Shown here in pieces: positions 1 to 13,900 of a stretch of 64,000 nt of DNA. Each line of letters starts with the position of its first letter. Positions within the stretch are counted from its first letter, which is position 1. The notes beneath the pieces were generated by a model. That model ran no database searches, had not been told where the DNA came from, and saw only the letters and a list, made by a program, of their open reading frames with translations. Made by a program: the position numbers and the translations under genes. The stretch covers positions 30,352 to 94,351 of the forward strand of contig NMRA01000770.1 of NCBI GenBank assembly GCA_002633005.1. The letters run 5' to 3'. The DNA comes from Phoronis australis (lineage: Eukaryota > Animalia > Phoronida).

Positions 1-394
1 AATGGCAGCCATAACTGAGCGCCATCTGCAGGATATTAGAATATTTCATTTACAATAAAAACATGTTTTGGCCACTCGTCCGAAGAAACAGCAATTGCAG
101 AGTGGCATGAACAGAACCAACGTAATTTTTTCATCATCGCAAACACGTTAATTAGAATTCACCAGTCCATAACTTTAAATTATTGGGTCGAGTTTAAGGC
201 CTGAACCCATCAGCAGATTTGTCATTAACAGCTCTCCAAAGTCGGTTGACGCAAACTCCTTCTTTTGAATGCGTGCTCTTTTTGGAGACACTCTTTTAGA
301 GGTGCATTTTTATAATTTCCAATTGATTTCAACATGAGCGCGCAATTTGCAACTTTAAAGCAAAGGTAAATGCTTAATCTGGAGGTAAACTAAA

Positions 395-680
395 GTACAA
401 GCAGACACATAAACACCTGCAGTACTCCTGGCGCACTGAGCAAGCAGACACATGTACACCTGCAGTACTCCAGGCACACTGAGCAAGCAGACAAATGTAC
501 ATCTGCAGTACTCCAGGCAGTCGCACACTGAGCAAGCAGATACATGTACATCTGCAGTACTCCAGGCAGTCGCACACTGAGCAAGCAGACACATGTACAC
601 CTGCAGTACTCCAGGCACACTGAGCAAGCAGACACATGTACACCTGCAATACTCCAGGTGCAATGAGCAAGACAATACTG
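395..680. repeat. Minisatellite, 43/49-bp units, ~6 copies
   Basis: GCACACTGAGCAAGCAGACACATGTACACCTGCAGTACTCCAG, with or without GCAGTC. Confidence 0.9.
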
Positions 681-1248
681 TTCATTGGCAAGAATCTTCA
701 CTGCCTTCACAACCAAACACAGTGGCAGATTTATGGGGGTGGGGGGGAAGGGCCCCCAAAATTCTCCTAGACTCAATTTGGCAATTTAGGGGTGCAAATG
801 CCTGGGTAAATACTCTGCCCTGCCACCCTAACTCAAAACCCTGGATCTCTCCCTGAAATACCTTAGTTACAAAGGAAAACACAAACTTAACTCTCACAAA
901 TTATTTCAAAAAAAGAAACACAAAATGACAAGATATGACACAATTGAAAAACAGAAAGAAATATCTATCTGTAAATAACTATAACCTAAGTTTATAAATA
1001 ACTATAACTTAGCTCACATAAAGTCAGCCTTAAGACATTCAGTAAAAAAATAGCCACTGAATGCAAAGGAACCATGATATGACACAACATCCTAATACTC
1101 AGGTTTCGTAATAAAGGTCATGACATATCAACAGAAGAACAGCAGTTACAACGCCCCCCCCATTTCTGGTTTCTTCTCTTGTAGTTTTACAATTTTTGAG
1201 TTCAAAACAATGAAAAAGTTCAATTTGCAATGACAAACTTTTTCTGGT

Positions 1249-1348
1249 CCGCAGAGTCTAGAATGGGTGGGGGAACGTTCCTGCAGAGTCTAGAATGGGT
1301 GGGGGAACGTTCCTGCAGAGTATAGAATGGGTGGGGGAACGTTCCTGC
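1249..1348. repeat. 32-bp tandem repeat x3
   Basis: CTGCAGAGTCTAGAATGGGTGGGGGAACGTTC. Confidence 0.9.
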
Positions 1349-2671
1349 GAACAGGCAATAGTTACCACTGCCACCTAACTCTGTTCCCTAATCCTAAAAC
1401 AAAAGAAGCCTATAGGCACAGCTGCAACCGTGAGTACCTTTTCCATCCCTAATCAGTACAAATCACTCATGACTGCCGCTTAGGTCCTGGATTTTGAGAG
1501 CCAGTTTTCACCACTATGATAGTGAATAACAGGCATCAAATTAGTTCTCAAAATCCTGGACCTGTGTAGATAACTATGACTGCCAAAATTCCAGCGTTCT
1601 TGAAATTTTTGAGAAGCACATCCTTGACAATATCTTTCACTTAACTCATGTGATAAGAGTGTCAGTCACCATCTAGGGAGAACATTCATGTCACAACATT
1701 CAAGAAACAAGTATGAAGTAGTAATCGTGTCAAAGGTCAAAGGTAATAACCACATCAAATGAGAGATCCAGCTTGAAAATGGCTCCATGGCATTACATTT
1801 ATAGTACATCAGACACAAGAAACATGGGCAGTGTAACTCTAATCAACATGGTCTGACATGTAAAACAGAGACGAGGCAACACATACATTAAGTAAAAAAA
1901 ATCACAGCTATTACATGTACATTTCAAAAGAAAATGCACAAACAAAATTGTATAAGAGCACAACATACAAGTGCGAAGACAATTAAAAGCAGAGATAACC
2001 TCACTTAAAACTAATACACAACTAATCCTGAACAGATGAACAAAATCAACTTTTGAAGCCACGTGTAGAGAGCTCCATCTGGTGACAAGCATGATTGTTT
2101 TGGTTAAAGTTTCGAGGAAGAACCCGTTTACATCGATTTCTAATACCGCGGGAATGAATGCAGTCTATTGATTGCTTCAACGAGAAGTTTAACCCCCGCT
2201 AGCTTGATATATAACAATTTCAAGTTTGCCGTTTTGGCTTAGCTTAATTAGCACTCTGTGGGACTAAATCAAACGTTATGTAAATGTAGATCACATGACC
2301 ATGATCGCACGACTGTATTCTTCAAGAAAATGGAATGTCATTTCTTGTGCATTACACAATGCTTACTAGAAACAAAAATGGACAAATACACTTTTTAAAA
2401 ACACGACTTGTTGGAATGATGCAGTGCTTGTATTTTAGACCTTGCTTTAGGAGTCTGATACTCAATATTACACCCCAAATGCTAGAGCTCTCCCTCAGAC
2501 ATGAAGAAGCTAGGGGTATTGACTAGCCTTATGAGAACTAAAACAACACGGACCAGTGAAAAATAGACATATCCAAACATACTGGTATACTAGCTATGCA
2601 ACAGAGTTACGTGCGGACAACTTTTTGAGAAGTATCGCGTCAAAACACGGTAAGCGACGTTCCTGAGCATC

Positions 2672-5600
2672 TTACAGTGACCCACAACATGGCGTCCACT
2701 CACTCTCGGGAAAGCCGTGCCAGAAAGTATTCCACAAGACAGCGAATAAGACGAGAAGGAAGTAGCTGACAATGGCCACCCACAAGAAGACGCGCTCCCA
2801 CCGTTTCTCTTGAAGATTCCTCAACACGGGAATCCCGATGAGAAGACCTGTAATGAAGAAGAGTGTTACGCCATATTGATGAAGCAATACAAAGCTTTCA
2901 AAGATAACATTCCACGAAAGAAATGAAAATTCTCCGTCTCAACACATCTCCGCAGTGTAGCTGTGCAAATATGATTTGTTAAGAAGTTTTTGAGATATAC
3001 AAGGCAAGGAAAGGTAATTACGCAAGCAGATGCTTAGATACATAAATGTGTCATCACTTGGCACGACACGTGTCCCTTACACTATGAGACGTACTTTGCA
3101 TCTTGTGTTGACAAAATGTATGACTGAGACTGCTGAAGTCATACAAGCGTGTTAAATGCTGCCGGTAAAGCTGTCGTCTATACGAGACTGCAAATTTTGT
3201 ACGAGTGCATAAAAATCTCGCGTGCTTATTTGGGATGCTAGAAATGCAAAACAGCGCTACACGTGAAATTCACCATGGGCATTTTGATCCTAAGAAGTAA
3301 TCTGCACAGTTCGACAAAATGAAAACTGACCAGAGAGGGCACCACCAAAGTGAGCCGCATAGCTCGTGTTACTGCTTCCTGGGGTGTAGCGTTGGTAAAT
3401 AGCGACCCCGGTGTCTGCGACAACTGTAAATGAGAGTCGAATTCAAATGTCTGCATCACTAATTTACTTTTTCCTGATCAAAGTCTGAAAAATGGACTAT
3501 GAAACTAATTTTCAAAAAAATAATTCTTTTCGTATTTCAATGGCAACAGTGAATTGCTTTGAAGATAAGTAATAATAATATTAAGTTTTCTTTACCTATC
3601 AATTAACACATAGTTTCTTCAACAATAGTTGACAAAATTTTCAATAACATTTTCGCAAAAAGGCTCAGAATTTTTTCTAAAGTTAATTGTTATGTGGTGA
3701 TATTTCAATCGAAAATCATTGAGGTAAAACCACATTCATCGTGACACAAAATATTTTTTCTTGCTTATGCAAAAATTCTTAAGGTGTTAGAATTTCAAGA
3801 CAATAGCTCAACACAATGCAATCATCAATTATGACATAGCAGCACTACGACGAGCTGAAGTTTACAGGAGTTGCCACAACAATAATCCAATCACATGTTG
3901 AAACTCACCAAAGAGAAGTATCAATGCTAACCGAACGGTGGCACTGCATATTATTTTCGTTACTTTGGATGTCCATTCATGGTTCATCTCTTGCCAGTTC
4001 TGCAAAATAAAGAGAATGTATTAACACATAAGGTCATGCAATGCCAACATGGCACAATGTTGATTGTGGTGACATCCCAACTGTGACCTCCCAACTGTGA
4101 CCTCCCAACAGAAAGGACAATTTAGTTTAATTTTGTACGATTCCCTTTTATTTTCCTTATTATTTTCTTTGTGTTATGGCTGATTGTTAAATTATTTTTA
4201 CCTAAATAATTCATTACTACCTACACGTAAGCCAAGATTGAATGCTTCATTTTCTGGGCCAAATCTCCATTATTACCATTATTGCATTGTCTTCTACGTG
4301 TGTAGCAGTAAAAAAGGCCAAGGATTCGATCCCAGAATCCATGCTGTAGTCAAGCTGCTGTAGCTTAGGTAAAGGCACTGCACTGCTTTAGCCAGTTCTG
4401 CAAGTCATGGCTGGGAAGTGAACTCTGTCTTTAAATAAAGGTTGAACAAAGGGAGAGCTGAAAGACTCAGATCTCCACCTGTGTTAAAGTTGCATCTGGC
4501 TAAAGATGGAAATTCACATTAGGCGTTATACTTTCATAAATCTGTCTCATAGCAACAATAACAATCCTTATAGCATCATTAGGATCACACTTGTGCAGCC
4601 AAAAACAAGAAAATGCTTTAATAAACAATTATTGTGGTGGCCCATCGTAAAATTGGCAATTTGAAAATGATATATGTAGTGTGCAGTGCCTGTGAATTGA
4701 GTTGACAGCCCAATCAGCAACAATCAAGATCCGATAAGCATGGGGAAAGTAGAGCCAATCCGAATACCGTAGAGGCCATATTTAACGCCAGAAGCCGTAT
4801 TTCAGGGTTGATGAGCAGTCTCCTGGTGGAGTAAATTCACAAGTGCAAGCCAAATTTGACTGAGCTCGTTCATTTGGGTTACCAATGTCATTAATACAAG
4901 GCGTCGTTCCTGAAAAAGCAGTTTTACTGCTCCAAAAACAGATTTACCGATGGAAATTACGCAGCATGGCGACCAAGCGGCTATTTTTGGGCCTTTCTGA
5001 AGTTTCATTCTCGGACATCATCAATAGGACAAACTAGATAGCGTCCCTGGCAAACAAAATCAGCCAAAAATTCAAATCCAATGAAAACGTTTCGTTATGG
5101 ATGCATACAGTATATGTACACTGAGAGCTAAGGTCTTTACTAGAAATTGCAGTAACCTAATACTAACCATTGTGTTTTTTACTGAGACAATCGTCTGCAC
5201 GAGGGTCATAGAGTAATATCTGCTTTTTGAGATACAGTCCTTACCTCAAGTTTTGCAACAACAGCACAGTTTCCACTGTTATTTTCCAGTGCTGTGGCTA
5301 ACATGGTAAAATGTTTTTATTACTATTGACAGTCCAGAAACTAAGACACAAAAACAGACCAAAGAAACTATTTGAAACTAAAACGACACACTGCTGCACA
5401 ACTGTTCAGGGAATGTTTTGATTTTTACATTCCCGGTTGGATTTTTTTTTTCTAAGTTTCCAACAAACTTTTGATATTATTGAATGGCTCAGTTCTTTAA
5501 CTTGTATATTTCACAAACTGAAAATTCTAATCAATTCATTATAAGATAAATCTTTATTGATTACTCAACACTTTTACAGCTGGATAGTCTTGTCACTTAA

Positions 5601-8600
5601 CCAGCTTGGTACCGTACTTGGCATACAAATGACGTCATAAAACAACAAGCAGGAGCACACAACAAGGTTTTGCGGCAATGATGCAAACAAGTCCATCCAC
5701 ATGGGATTAATAGGTCAACCTACATACATGAGAATACTGCTGCGATATCATATCAATAAATCTATGCCACTTCTAGTTCTCTGTTTGCTTTGTCAAACAA
5801 TCTGTCATTATCTTATAGAGAATCATAACCACTAGTAAGAGTGGACATTCAAATATTCTTTCTAAAGATTTTATTTTTTCTTTCTGAATTCTTTCTCTTA
5901 CAAAAATGCATCATTTTTGATCTGATATTCATTAGTGGACACTTGAAAACAGGAGTTGTTGCCCAATCTACATCTTGGTACAAAATAAGAACAAAATTCT
6001 AAAGCGTACTTCTTGACATATCACGTCAACAACATATTACAGACAGAAAGACAACTGTAACTCAGCACCCCGCTTAGTGCCAATGCCTGACAGGAAACAA
6101 AGGACTACCCTGTAACTCACCATAATTGTGTTAGCAAGATGTGCACCAATGAGAGCGTAGACGCCACCACTGGCGCCACCCAATGTTGTCCAAGGGTCAA
6201 CGACTGAGCTAGCCAGTGAGCCTATAATACAAAAATAACATAGACGGCAAGAAGTCTCAAAACAATCTTATTCACAGTCTGAAACAATGAAATTGACAGA
6301 ACACTGGAACCCACAATAACGCCATATCAGATAACTAATACAACATCCAAATTATTACCATGAAATGTCAAAAATGAACCATTTAAGTATTAAAAGCATG
6401 TAAAATAACCCTCATACAGCCATCAACTATTGTCACGTTCCCGGATACCGTCATCAAAAAACTCTCGTTTGAAAATTTATTTTTTTCTATACCTAATTCA
6501 ACTTCAATTCACTTATTAATTTGAACTTTCATGTTTGTCTGTACTCTGATCCACCATACTAAGCATGAGCTATGAGAGTTGTTGATATGTTTCTATGGTA
6601 TTCTTCGTTAGATCACGTGATACACCGCTTCTGGATCTTGACACGATAGTCGTCAGTCTCATTCGCATTTAGTAGCTTAAATTGTCTGACAATAACGTCA
6701 CGATTACATCACAGACACTCATCACATTTACAACAGTGGTTACAAAATCTCTGCCAAATCAGAGCACGCTGGGAGGTGCCGATGTTATCCTAAGACAAGC
6801 TACACGCTGTACCTTCTGAAGAAACTTCTTACGGTACAGTTTGTTAATTCCACTAACCCTGGAAACGCATACGTAAGATCGGTCTTATCAATAAAGCAAT
6901 GGATATCCAATTCCTGGTGTTAGGTTTTAAACCTCATGTTTTGCCCATAAGTTGCTTCAGTCCATATAAGTTACGGTGGACAAAGTGTCGCTGTCTCTAC
7001 TTAACAGCAGAGACCTGGATGCTCCCATAGAGCCTTTCATATGCTGGAAGCTTTTCGGCGGATTAGGCTTCACACTGATTAAACCACGCCACGTTGCTAC
7101 AAGCCCAAGTACTTTTGCGCATAGAGGGACACCTTAGGAAGTTGTTGATGTCTAATTCCTTTCAACTCGAACAAACACTCCCGTAATCAAACTTTTTTTG
7201 GGCAGTCCTTGCTCAGTTGCCAATTTGGGCAACTGAACAAGGGACTACTTGAATAAAAAGCCATTGTGACACTGCCCGCACCAGGGGATATGACGTCATA
7301 TCTCCTGGCGTGAGCAGAGTAAAAATGGCCACTGGTCAATTTGGGCAACTGACTGAAGGACTGTTCGAAAAAAGTTTGCTTAGGGGAGAATTTGTTTGAG
7401 TTGGAAAGAATTAAAAACATCGAGGGCCTCCAAATTAAAATGACTCTATATGCGCAAAAAGTACTCATAGCAACTTGGACGGTTTAATTAGTGTGAGGCA
7501 TATGAAGGCCCATGAAAACATCACCACCTCTATGGCTAAGTAGAAACAGTAGTACTGTCTAAAGTTATGGATGAGATAGCTTACCTCCCAAAACCCCTAG
7601 GATGTAGACCAAGGGGACTCGCCACCAATGGTGCACCATTTCCAGGGGTATGCTCAGCATCAACTGTACCACTATGTTGAGGATGAGGTGGACATATCTA
7701 AAAGGGGACGAATAACTTATATATACTGTTCATAAGCAAATTGTAATTTTGACCTGTTGCCAACAATTAAAACTAACAATTTTGTGATTTTTATTTGTCA
7801 CAACTGAATATCAAAGCGTCCATGAACCATATGATTGTTCCTAACTTAAGACGTAGACTACTTTAATTACCACTATAAAATTGGGTTCACTTGTTCTTTA
7901 ATTAAAAAAGAAGTAGTTTTGGGTCTTGCAACTGATAGTTGCTAAAATTAGACCATTTCAATACCTAAAAGTCTAAAACTTTAACTCAGGTAAATCTCAA
8001 AAAGATAGTAAAACCCTGTCTTCATGGTTTCAATCAAACATCTCCTAATGCATCGTTGGCTTCAATCTAAGAATTACTCATCCTCCATAAGTCACAGATT
8101 GGACATTCATGGTCCATGGTGGGTGGCATATTCCCACAGTTGCAGTGTAGTTTGCTAAAAGCAGATAGTTCACGCCTGCCCATTTAGAAGACTTTGAAAG
8201 GATTTTTCAAATTTTCCTACAAACGTATGAGGGTTTTCAAGGGTTATGGAGGATTGGAGGGTAAAGTGATTTTAGTATCTGATAAAAGGCCAAAACATTT
8301 ACATGCGTAAGAGTGATCTAAACAACATACACGACTGCATGATAGTTCCCAAAATCGTAGAAACGGGGCATTTCGTTCAGATAGGGACATGCTCCTTGAA
8401 AACGCACAAAATATCATTTACAGAAAAATTCTCCAATTTTGAAAAGTCTCTAATATTTGTGACATAGAAACTCAAGCAAAAACAAATATTGATTCTGCAG
8501 TGCTCGACACTTGACGCACAGTCACATTTGGCAACTCGTCAAAAATTCCAGGTTGCCAAACAAAATCTGAGGTTGCCAAAACTGATATCGAATTGGTAGA

Positions 8601-9714
8601 CAAAAAAAAATCACTAATAACAAAAAATGTCTGAGAAACTTACGCATACATCATTAAAAAGGTTACCATTCAATCTCTAACTTGACTGCCAACAAAGCTA
8701 TAACGCAATGCAAACTTTGAAGTGAATTTCGGGGGAATTATTGTCTGACTTTGATACTCCCAGTGCGACTTGGTGGTGACTTGGGATTTTTTCCAGATCA
8801 CCAATGAAATATGAGGTCACATTGGCGAGCTGCGGGTAGCCAAATCACAGAAATATTCCGAAACCTTCAACGATTCTGATGAAATTTTACAGCAGATTAC
8901 GGTTCCCGGACAGAACAAATGGACCTCTGTTCATCACTCACCCTATATGAATGAACATGTAACTGATGAATCGCCATGCCTCCCACCTTCTCCTGGGGTT
9001 GTAGATAAGAGGGCTGTCCCGAGGATATCCATTATCTGCTGTCACAGCATAAGGTGTGTTCTGTAGCTCTACTGCATAAACGATGAACACAATGAGCTGC
9101 AAAGGACAAAAATTGATAATGAAGCCCAAAAATGGGCGAGAGGAATGCAGGTAAGCAATGGTTAAATTCAGTCTAAGAAAAAACCCTTCACTTGAAAACT
9201 GACCAAATCCACTTCATGGAATTTCACAGCGACTTCGGAGATTCTGAATTTACCCATAGGGTACTTTATGGGCCCCAGTTGTAAACTACCAATCATAGGC
9301 GTGTGTTTGCCACACGTTTGTATCAAACATAATTCACAAGGTAAAAGTTTGCTGTGTGCTTACAGCGACATCTGCAGTTGGGTTGAGGAAAAGTTATAAC
9401 CACTCTTTAGCCAGATTTCCAAGTGTTTGCAACTGGTTTGCAGAAATGTTTGTTGCGTTTCTAAGAATGGGTCTTTTTCTTAGTAGCTTCAAACACAACT
9501 TACTTGATTACTTTATAACCAATGAAATAAGCCAGTCCTAACAAACCTGAGCAAGACTAATGAATATGATAAATAGAGGCGGCGGCATGCAGGTGTACTG
9601 CTCTAGGTAAGCAACGTCATCCCCTTTCTTAGCGACAGTCTGTATGGCGGCCAACTTAACCTTTTCGTAGCGGGAGAGGTTTCTCAAATCCATTCGGTCT
9701 TTATCCTTCGTCAT
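2672..9714 (-). CDS. Rhomboid family intramembrane serine protease (RHBDL/rhomboid-related), ~298 aa, 7 coding exons
   Basis: Hand-spliced GT-AG exons with consistent phases: 9547-9714, 8942-9096, 7585-7697, 6121-6221, 3909-3999, 3331-3423, 2672-2847 (897 nt). Motifs: YTCMPPPLFIIFIS, WR motif EAWRFISYMFIH, HLILN...PLEMVH, catalytic Ser in GGASGGVY, catalytic His in SYAAHFGG. Confidence 0.95.
6991..7549. mobile_element. Long-TIR fold-back element, family shared with 11201-11800
   Basis: The ends are reverse complements (CTGTCTCTACTT / AAGTAGAAACAG), the interior is symmetric, and it is similar to the element in peptidase intron 1. Confidence 0.65.
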
Positions 9715-10699
9715 CTAGCAAGAAACAGAAAAAAGTTATACTTATAGCCAGCATGGCACTGTTATCCTACGTGAGTGAGGCAAGCCACATGCAAGCTGCA
9801 CCGTCTCCTACAGCGTTGACAAGAATGGCAAGCCACATGCAGGTTCACTGTATCCTACAAGTACAGCGTTCACATGAATAGCATGTCTGTATACAGTGTT
9901 CACATGAGTTGGTTTTTAAAGAGAGAAGCAGATAGCCCTAACTGTATTGTACAGCATATTTAGCAAGGTCCACTGTTTGCCCACTATGTGAGTAATATGA
10001 GAAATTATATCACCATGCATATGTATAGTCAACAAAATCATCCGTGCCAATAAAATGCTAACACATGTGAATCACTGAAAAAATTGCCAAAGATAAGCAT
10101 CAAGTGGGATATTCTGACCATTGCTGCTTTGGGTCACCCAAGAAACCTCAAAATGGAAATCATTATCACTTCACCACAAGTTCTTAAACCAATCACGAGC
10201 AAGGTTCACTAGCTTCCACTGGGCATTACAAATGGATTACATGTCAAGTGAGCGTTATTTACCTGTGGTGGTTGCGCGAGAACAGGCAAATTTTCCGTTG
10301 GCTCTGAACCCTCAGATGGGAACTCTATGTGCAGACGAGTATGTTCTTCCATGGCCACGAAGTCAATTGAAACTTGTTTACTTTTACTTGCTTATATAGC
10401 CCCAGCACTGGGTTTTTTTTCTTGAAGGCTGAATCAGTGAGTGAATCAGTGAATGACTCATCCCGCGATAAATATAGCACTAATATAGCACGGGCATTTT
10501 TCCACTATCGGACACGTGTCTACATTCTGTTTTTCCGTGACGCTGAAAAAAAATCACATCACGGCTGTAAGCGTTAGACAGTAATTACCAGGTATCCGCT
10601 TCCATACTTATTTACAGGAGGGTATCGTTAGGTAAAGACTGAATACTAAGTAAAGTCTTTACTACAGAAAGTGTTCACGTCCTGAATTGAAATAGCCGG

Positions 10700-10964
10700 G
10701 CGCTAACCTGAAAACCTTGTTTGGCCGAGAGACCGTAGCATCTACCACCTAGCGGGCAAGCAGGGAACCTGCGAGAATGTTTTCCTAGAAATTAATTTGT
10801 AATGTTTAAGAAAAATTAATATTTTCAATAACTATGTAGCTAGAAATTAGCTCGTCGTAATTTAATATTTTCCGAGGTTTTTAACATGAAAAGAAAAATC
10901 CCTCTGCTCTTCGGGAACCTCACCGGAAGTCCTTGAAACCCCTGTCAACTCCGCAAGCTTGAAA
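10700..10964. promoter_or_regulatory. Probable bidirectional promoter between the rhomboid and peptidase genes
   Basis: The genes diverge. An ETS-type CCGGAAGT lies at 10923-10930, ~35 bp before the peptidase ATG. A minus-strand donor-like CAG|GTTAGC at ~10707 is a candidate end of a non-coding rhomboid exon 1. Confidence 0.5.
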
Positions 10965-13900
10965 ATGTCCGACGGGTTTGAGTTGCTGTGCTCTGTGAAG
11001 GCAAACGATCTGATACCCGTGGAGAAATACCGTTCCAAATCCACTGGTTTCACTGTCATTATAGCCCAGGTTGAAGGACCGTTAGTAAACGGCTATTTTT
11101 GTCTGGGTGTGTTCACTATTTTCTAAATTCTACCTTTGGCTTTTGCAGTTTTGGCTAAACAACGTCAACGACAACGACTGGTTTAGAAATTATACAATGA
11201 CCTTCATCTCTACTGGCTGTGCGAACAGAAACGATGGAGCTCCTATAGGAGCTTCATTCACCAGAAGCTTTTTAGCTAATTATGCCTTGCACTGACTAAA
11301 ACATCAAAGTCACGTTGTTATAAATGCTTTTGGGCATAGAGGGACACCTTGGCCCAAGCCGGGGCTTGGCTTAGGTCAGGAGCTCGTCGATGGCGATGTA
11401 TTTAATTGCTTCCAACTCAAACAAGTACTCCAGTTATCAAACTTTTTCTTCAAGCAGTCCCTCATTCAATTCCCAAATTGGGTAACTCGCCATTTTTTAA
11501 CCCTGTGCTGGCAGTTAATGGGCATGACGTATGTATCCCCTAGTGTGCTCAGTGTAAAAATGGTGAATAACCGATTTTGGGAACTGAACGAGGGACTGCT
11601 CGAAGAAAAAGTTTGAGAACAGGAGTATTTGTTTGAGTTGGAATAAATTAAGTACATCGATGACCTCCTAAGGTGTCCTATGTGCAAAAAGTATAAAACA
11701 ACATGTCTTTGATGTTTTAGTCAGTGCAAGGCATTATTCGCCGAAAAGCTTCCAGCATATGAAGCTCCTATAGGAGCTCCACAGATTGCAGAGGCGATGG
11801 TCTCTGTCTACATCTTGTTATAAATATACGATTAGGAAAAGATGCTCAATTTTGGCCAACTTCAGAACATCATATCTCTGAAGTAGCAGAACGAATTCAA
11901 AGAAACAGATATTATGCGTTATGTATTGTTCTCGAATACTAGTAGGAATTGTTTTTAAGGTGTTCCACTTTTACACGAGGGGCTGTCAAAAGTAGAACCT
12001 ATGACTTTTGAAAAACCTTTAAAAATTGCATTAAACGAAAACGAAATAATAATTTGGACAACTGTTGCGGCGTTTTTGATTTTTTTTCTTGAACATTTCA
12101 TATGCACTTTGATCATGAAATTGATCCTGTTGTTTTGCCTCAAATGTATCTTTACTAAAAAGCATGGTCACGTGACCTTACGTACGGCATAGTGGTATAG
12201 ATTAAACAATCAAACTCAACGGAATTTCTGTTTCCAGGAAATATTTACTTTTGCTGAGTTTGTAGATATTAGGCTGAATGTACTGTATTGTATTTTGTCA
12301 TACATTATCATAAATTATCATACATTATACATTCCAATGTTCATTTACAGCCACTGAAGCTCACGATGATGATGGCCTGCCGCATACATTGGAGCACCTC
12401 GTATTCATGGGAAGTGAAAAGTATCCTTTCAAGGTATGCAGCCGTTCAGCTCATAAAAGCCTAGTAACGTGCAGTTATTATTAGTTAATCGATGTTGCTG
12501 TAAAATTCAGTTGGTATTAACAATACAGTCATTTCTGTAATAGTTCGTACATCACCCTTGAAACCGTATTTCTCTCCAATAGTATGTACAGTAGAGGTCT
12601 AAGGGAAAAGTAGTTTTACACGTATCTGCATTCATGGCAAAAATAATTTGTACACGAAGTGCAACTTTAAGGATAATCGGCATCCATGCTTTGGTGTTTG
12701 AATAAACTAATAATGAGCTGTTGCAGTGCATCCTTTATTGAGTATGCGAAATCCTTGTTGTCGTTTATCGGGCGCTTGACATAATGAGCTGCAGGTCGCA
12801 TTTGCGTTGCGGAGAAATTCTCAAGCCCTTCTCTCTGGGGCTGAGGACTTGACGAGTCATCTGTCACTCACATATTGTGGCAATGTAACGTATGCCCCAG
12901 CTACTCAAGTGGGGAAACTTGCCACCACTCCAAAGTCACACATCAAAAGAGAGCCACTATTGTCCCTAAGTTAAAGAGTGTACTGGCTTTGCTCTGTATG
13001 TTAAACGTCCTGGTGTTTGACAATGAATTTGGACCCCCGGCTGTTGTAAATTACCCAATGCTTTACGATATTCCTCAGGCCCAGTGTTCCCGAAAACCGA
13101 AATTCTCCTATTCCGATGTTTCCCGCGCTCCGAATCTTCCCTATGCCCGTTGTTCAATGAACTTAGCCATCTATTGCAACTAAACGGGCACGAAATTTTG
13201 GTTAGCAAACTTTATGCTTCTCCTTGTACACTACCCCCACGCCAATTTTCTCTGCCAGGCTCGTCAGTGGACTACGTCGTGGATTTTTCAGACACGATTG
13301 GAAGGAATATTGCTCCGGCTGAAGTGGGCCACTGTTAGAAGCAAAATTATTTCGGATGGCCAAAAATGGTAGATGATAATGATATACACACAGTGACGCC
13401 ATCTGGTGTAGTTTGCTGCACAACATCGTAGTATAATAACATTTCTTACTGTATTGCAGTCTTTCAATTTCTTATACCACAAACATTCGCGTTAACGACT
13501 ACGTTCACGTATTCTTTTTGTGAATAAGTCCCCACTACTGTACTAGGCACCCCCTTAACTTTGAGGATTTCCAATTAAACATCAGGCTCATAACGTTCTT
13601 TCTCAGTTAGTTCTGATCGACCCTGAGTAAACTGATGCTTGTGTGTACAGTTGTCAAAATTTCTGAAGACACCAGCGACGTTGGTGCAGGCTAATCTAAT
13701 GTCAGACTGAGATGCAATAAGTGAAAAACAATCCTTGGCTTCCATTTTTTATCTGTTCAAGATGATTCGCAAATATTCACTTACGTTGTGCCAACCTTTG
13801 AGTTTCGAAATGGAGAGGCTGCAGAAACATAGTGCAGCACACTGTCTTCTTAGTTACCACACACCTGGTCATTACACTTTTAGAAAACTGGGAGAACTAG

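Noticed and set aside
355-776. Cys-rich repetitive ORFs in three frames
   Set aside because: They are translations of a 43/49-bp minisatellite whose unit length is not a multiple of three.
10862-11059. 65-aa minus-strand ORF as a possible rhomboid first exon
   Set aside because: It is the antisense shadow of peptidase exon 1, which has the recognisable sequence and a valid donor.
12667-13560. Cluster of short overlapping ORFs in intron 2
   Set aside because: No recognisable motif, no splice consistency and no convincing terminal repeats. Probably old repeat sequence that I cannot classify.
13660-13690. CTGAAGA followed by a stem (hammerhead-like); also CTGATGA at ~36733 and ~57767
   Set aside because: None has GAAA after a stem II.
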